A stretch of 64,000 nucleotides of DNA. Source: Eledone cirrhosa (lineage: Eukaryota). Of this stretch, positions 61,281-64,000 are shown piece by piece; the stretch's first letter is position 1, and each line of letters starts with the position of its first letter. The notes below the pieces were generated by a model. The model did not search any database. It saw nothing but the letters and a program-made list of their open reading frames with translations, and was not told where the DNA came from. A program made the translations under genes and the position numbers. The stretch is from positions 170,810,001 to 170,874,000 of the forward strand of contig OZ024743.1 in NCBI GenBank assembly GCA_964016885.1, read 5' to 3'.

Positions 61281-64000
61281 ACCACTGTATCAACACCACA
61301 GCCACAACTAGTGTAAGACCACTGTATCAACACCACAGTCACAACTACTGTAAGACCACTGTATCAACACCATAATTACAACTACTGTAAGAACAAGGTA
61401 TCAACACCTTATTCACAACTACTGTAAGACCACTGTATGAACACCATTGTCACAACTACTGTAAGACCACTGTATCAACACCATTGTCACGACTACTGTA
61501 AGACCACTGTATCAACACCATAGTCACAATAACTGTAAGAACACTGTATCAACACCACAGTCATAACTACTGTAAGACCACTGTATCAACAACACAGTCA
61601 CAACTACTGTAAGACCACTGTATCAACACCACAGTCACAACTACTGTAAGACCACTGTATCAACACCACAGTCACAACTACTGTAAGACCACTGTATCAA
61701 AACCACAGCCACAACTACTGTAAAACCACTGTATCAACACCATAGTCATAAGACCACTGTATCAACACCATAGTCACAACTACTGTAAGACCACTGTATC
61801 AACACCACAACCACAACTACTGTAAGACCACTGTATCAACACCACAGTCATAACTACTCTAAGACAACTGTATCATCACCACAGCCACAACTACTGTAAG
61901 ACCACTGTATCAACACCACAGCCACAACTACTGTAAAACCACTGTATCAACACCATAGTCATAACTACCGTAAGACCACTGTATCAACACCATAGTCATA
62001 AGACCACTGTATCAACACCATAGTCACAACTACTGTAAGACCACTGTATCAACACCATAGTCATAACTACTGTAAGACCACTGTATCAACACCATAGTCA
62101 CAACTACTGTAAGACCACTGTATGAACACCATAGTAATAACAACCGTAAGACCACTGTATAAACACCATAGTCATAACTAATGTAAGACTACTGTATCAA
62201 CACCATAGTCACAACTACTGGAAGACCACTGTATCAACACCATAGTCATAAGACCACTGTATCAACATCATAGTCACAACTACTGTAATACCACTGTATC
62301 AACACTATAGTCACAACTACTGTAAGACCACTGTGTCAGCACCACAGTCACAACTACTGTAAGACCACTGTATCAACACCATAGTCATAACTACTGTAAG
62401 ACCACTGTATCAACACCATAGTCATAAGACCACTGTATCAACACCATAGTCACAACTACTGTAAGACCACTGTATCAACACCATAGTCATAACTACTGTA
62501 AGACCACTGTATCAACACCATAGTCACAACTATTTTAAGACCAATGTATCAACACCACAGTCACACCTACAGTAAGATAACTGTATCAACACCATAGTCA
62601 CAACTACTGTAAGACCAATGTATGAACACCATATTCATAACTACCGTAAGACCACTGTATCAAAACCATAGTCATAACTATTGTAAGACCACTGTATCAA
62701 CACCACAATCACAACTACAGTAAGACCACAGTATCAACACCATAGTCACAACTACTGTAAGACCACTGTATCAACACCATAGTCACAACTACTGTAAGAC
62801 CACTGTATGAACACCATATTCATAACTACCGTAAGACCACTGTATCAACACCATAGTCATAACTAATGTAAGACCACTGTATCAACACCATAGTCATAAT
62901 AACTGTAAGAACACTGTATCAACACCACAGTCATAACTACAGTAAGACCACTGTATCAACATCACAGTCACAACTACTATAAGACCACTGTATCAACACC
63001 ACAGCCACAACTACTGTAAGACCACTGTATCAACACCATAATCACAACTACTGTAAGACCACTGATTCAACACCGTAGTCACAACTACTGTAAGACCACT
63101 GTATCAACACCACAGTCACAACGTCTGTAAGACCAATGTATCAACACAATAGTCACAACTACTGTAAGCCCACTGTATCAACACCATAGACACAACGACT
63201 GTAAACCACTGTATCAACACCATAGTCACAACTACTGTAGCACCACTATATAAACACCATAGTCATAACTACCGTAAGACCATTGTATCAACACCATAGT
63301 CATAACTAATGTAAGACCACTGTATATAAACCCTTCACAACTACTGTAAGACCACTGTATCAACAACACAGCCCCAACGTCTGTAAGACCACTGTATCAA
63401 CACAATAGTCACAACTACTGTAAGCTCACTGTATCAACACCATAGACACAACGACTGTAAACCACTGTATCAACACCATAGTCACAACTACTGTAGCACC
63501 ACTATATAAACACCATAGTCATAACTACCGTAAGACCATTGTATCAACACCATAGTCATAACTAATGTAAGACCACTGTATATAAACCCTTCACAACTAC
63601 TCTAAGACCACCGTATCAAAACCATAGTCACAACTACTGTAAGACCACTGTATCAACACCATAATCATAACTACCGTAAGACCACTGTATCAACACCATA
63701 GTCATAAGACCACTGTATCAACACCATAGTCACAACTACTGTAAGACCACTGTATCAACACCATAGTCATAACTACTGTAAGATCACTGTATCAACACCA
63801 TAGTCACAACTACTGTAAGACTACTGTGTCAGCACCACAGTCACAACTACTGTAAGACCACTGTATCAACACCATAGTCATAACTACCGTAAGACCACTG
63901 TATCAACACCAGAGTCACAACTACAGTAAGACCACTGTATCAACACGATAGTCATAACTATTGTAAGACCACTGTATCAACACCACAATCACAACTACAG

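Larger units (their letters stand above)
2057..64000. repeat. 37-bp satellite DNA array, >=62 kb, single orientation, runs off the right edge
   Basis: Period 37 (AACACCA at 2061 and 2098). Consensus GACCACTGTATCAACACCAYAGTCAYAACTACTGTAA with typically 0-3 substitutions per monomer; recurrent 28-, 35- and 36-bp variants; no non-satellite insertion or inversion seen on reading. Confidence 0.99.

Noticed and set aside
2057-64000. CRISPR array (37 bp is a typical direct-repeat length)
   Set aside because: Monomers abut with no unique spacers, there are no cas genes or leader, and the flank is a eukaryotic LINE.
2057-64000. Satellite acting as a complex telomere repeat at a right-hand chromosome end
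   Set aside because: The G/T-rich strand runs 5'->3' toward the left (the LINE side), opposite to usual telomere polarity, and the consensus has no runs of three or more G.

Overview
Eukaryotic repeat-dominated window with no intact gene. Bases 1-~1512 are a decayed RTE-clade LINE on the minus strand (end of the AP endonuclease, linker and reverse transcriptase; stops, a frameshift, and YADD changed to YTDD). Bases ~1513-1783 look like the 3' end of a second non-LTR element (tentatively L1/Tx1-like) that cuts the first. Three copies of a 91-bp AT-rich, palindrome-rich repeat follow (1784-2059). From 2057 to the window end there is one uninterrupted head-to-tail 37-bp satellite (consensus GACCACTGTATCAACACCAYAGTCAYAACTACTGTAA; roughly 1,700 monomers by length). 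Diagnostic monomer variants reveal nested, in-register higher-order duplications of about 176 bp, 256 bp, 676 bp, 2.7 kb, 3.1 kb, 4.5-5.2 kb and 6.5 kb, plus a module reused 42-49 kb away. I found no novel protein-coding or CRISPR-like system; the interest lies in the satellite architecture and its sharp boundary. Offsets were read by eye from marker positions, so block edges are approximate.
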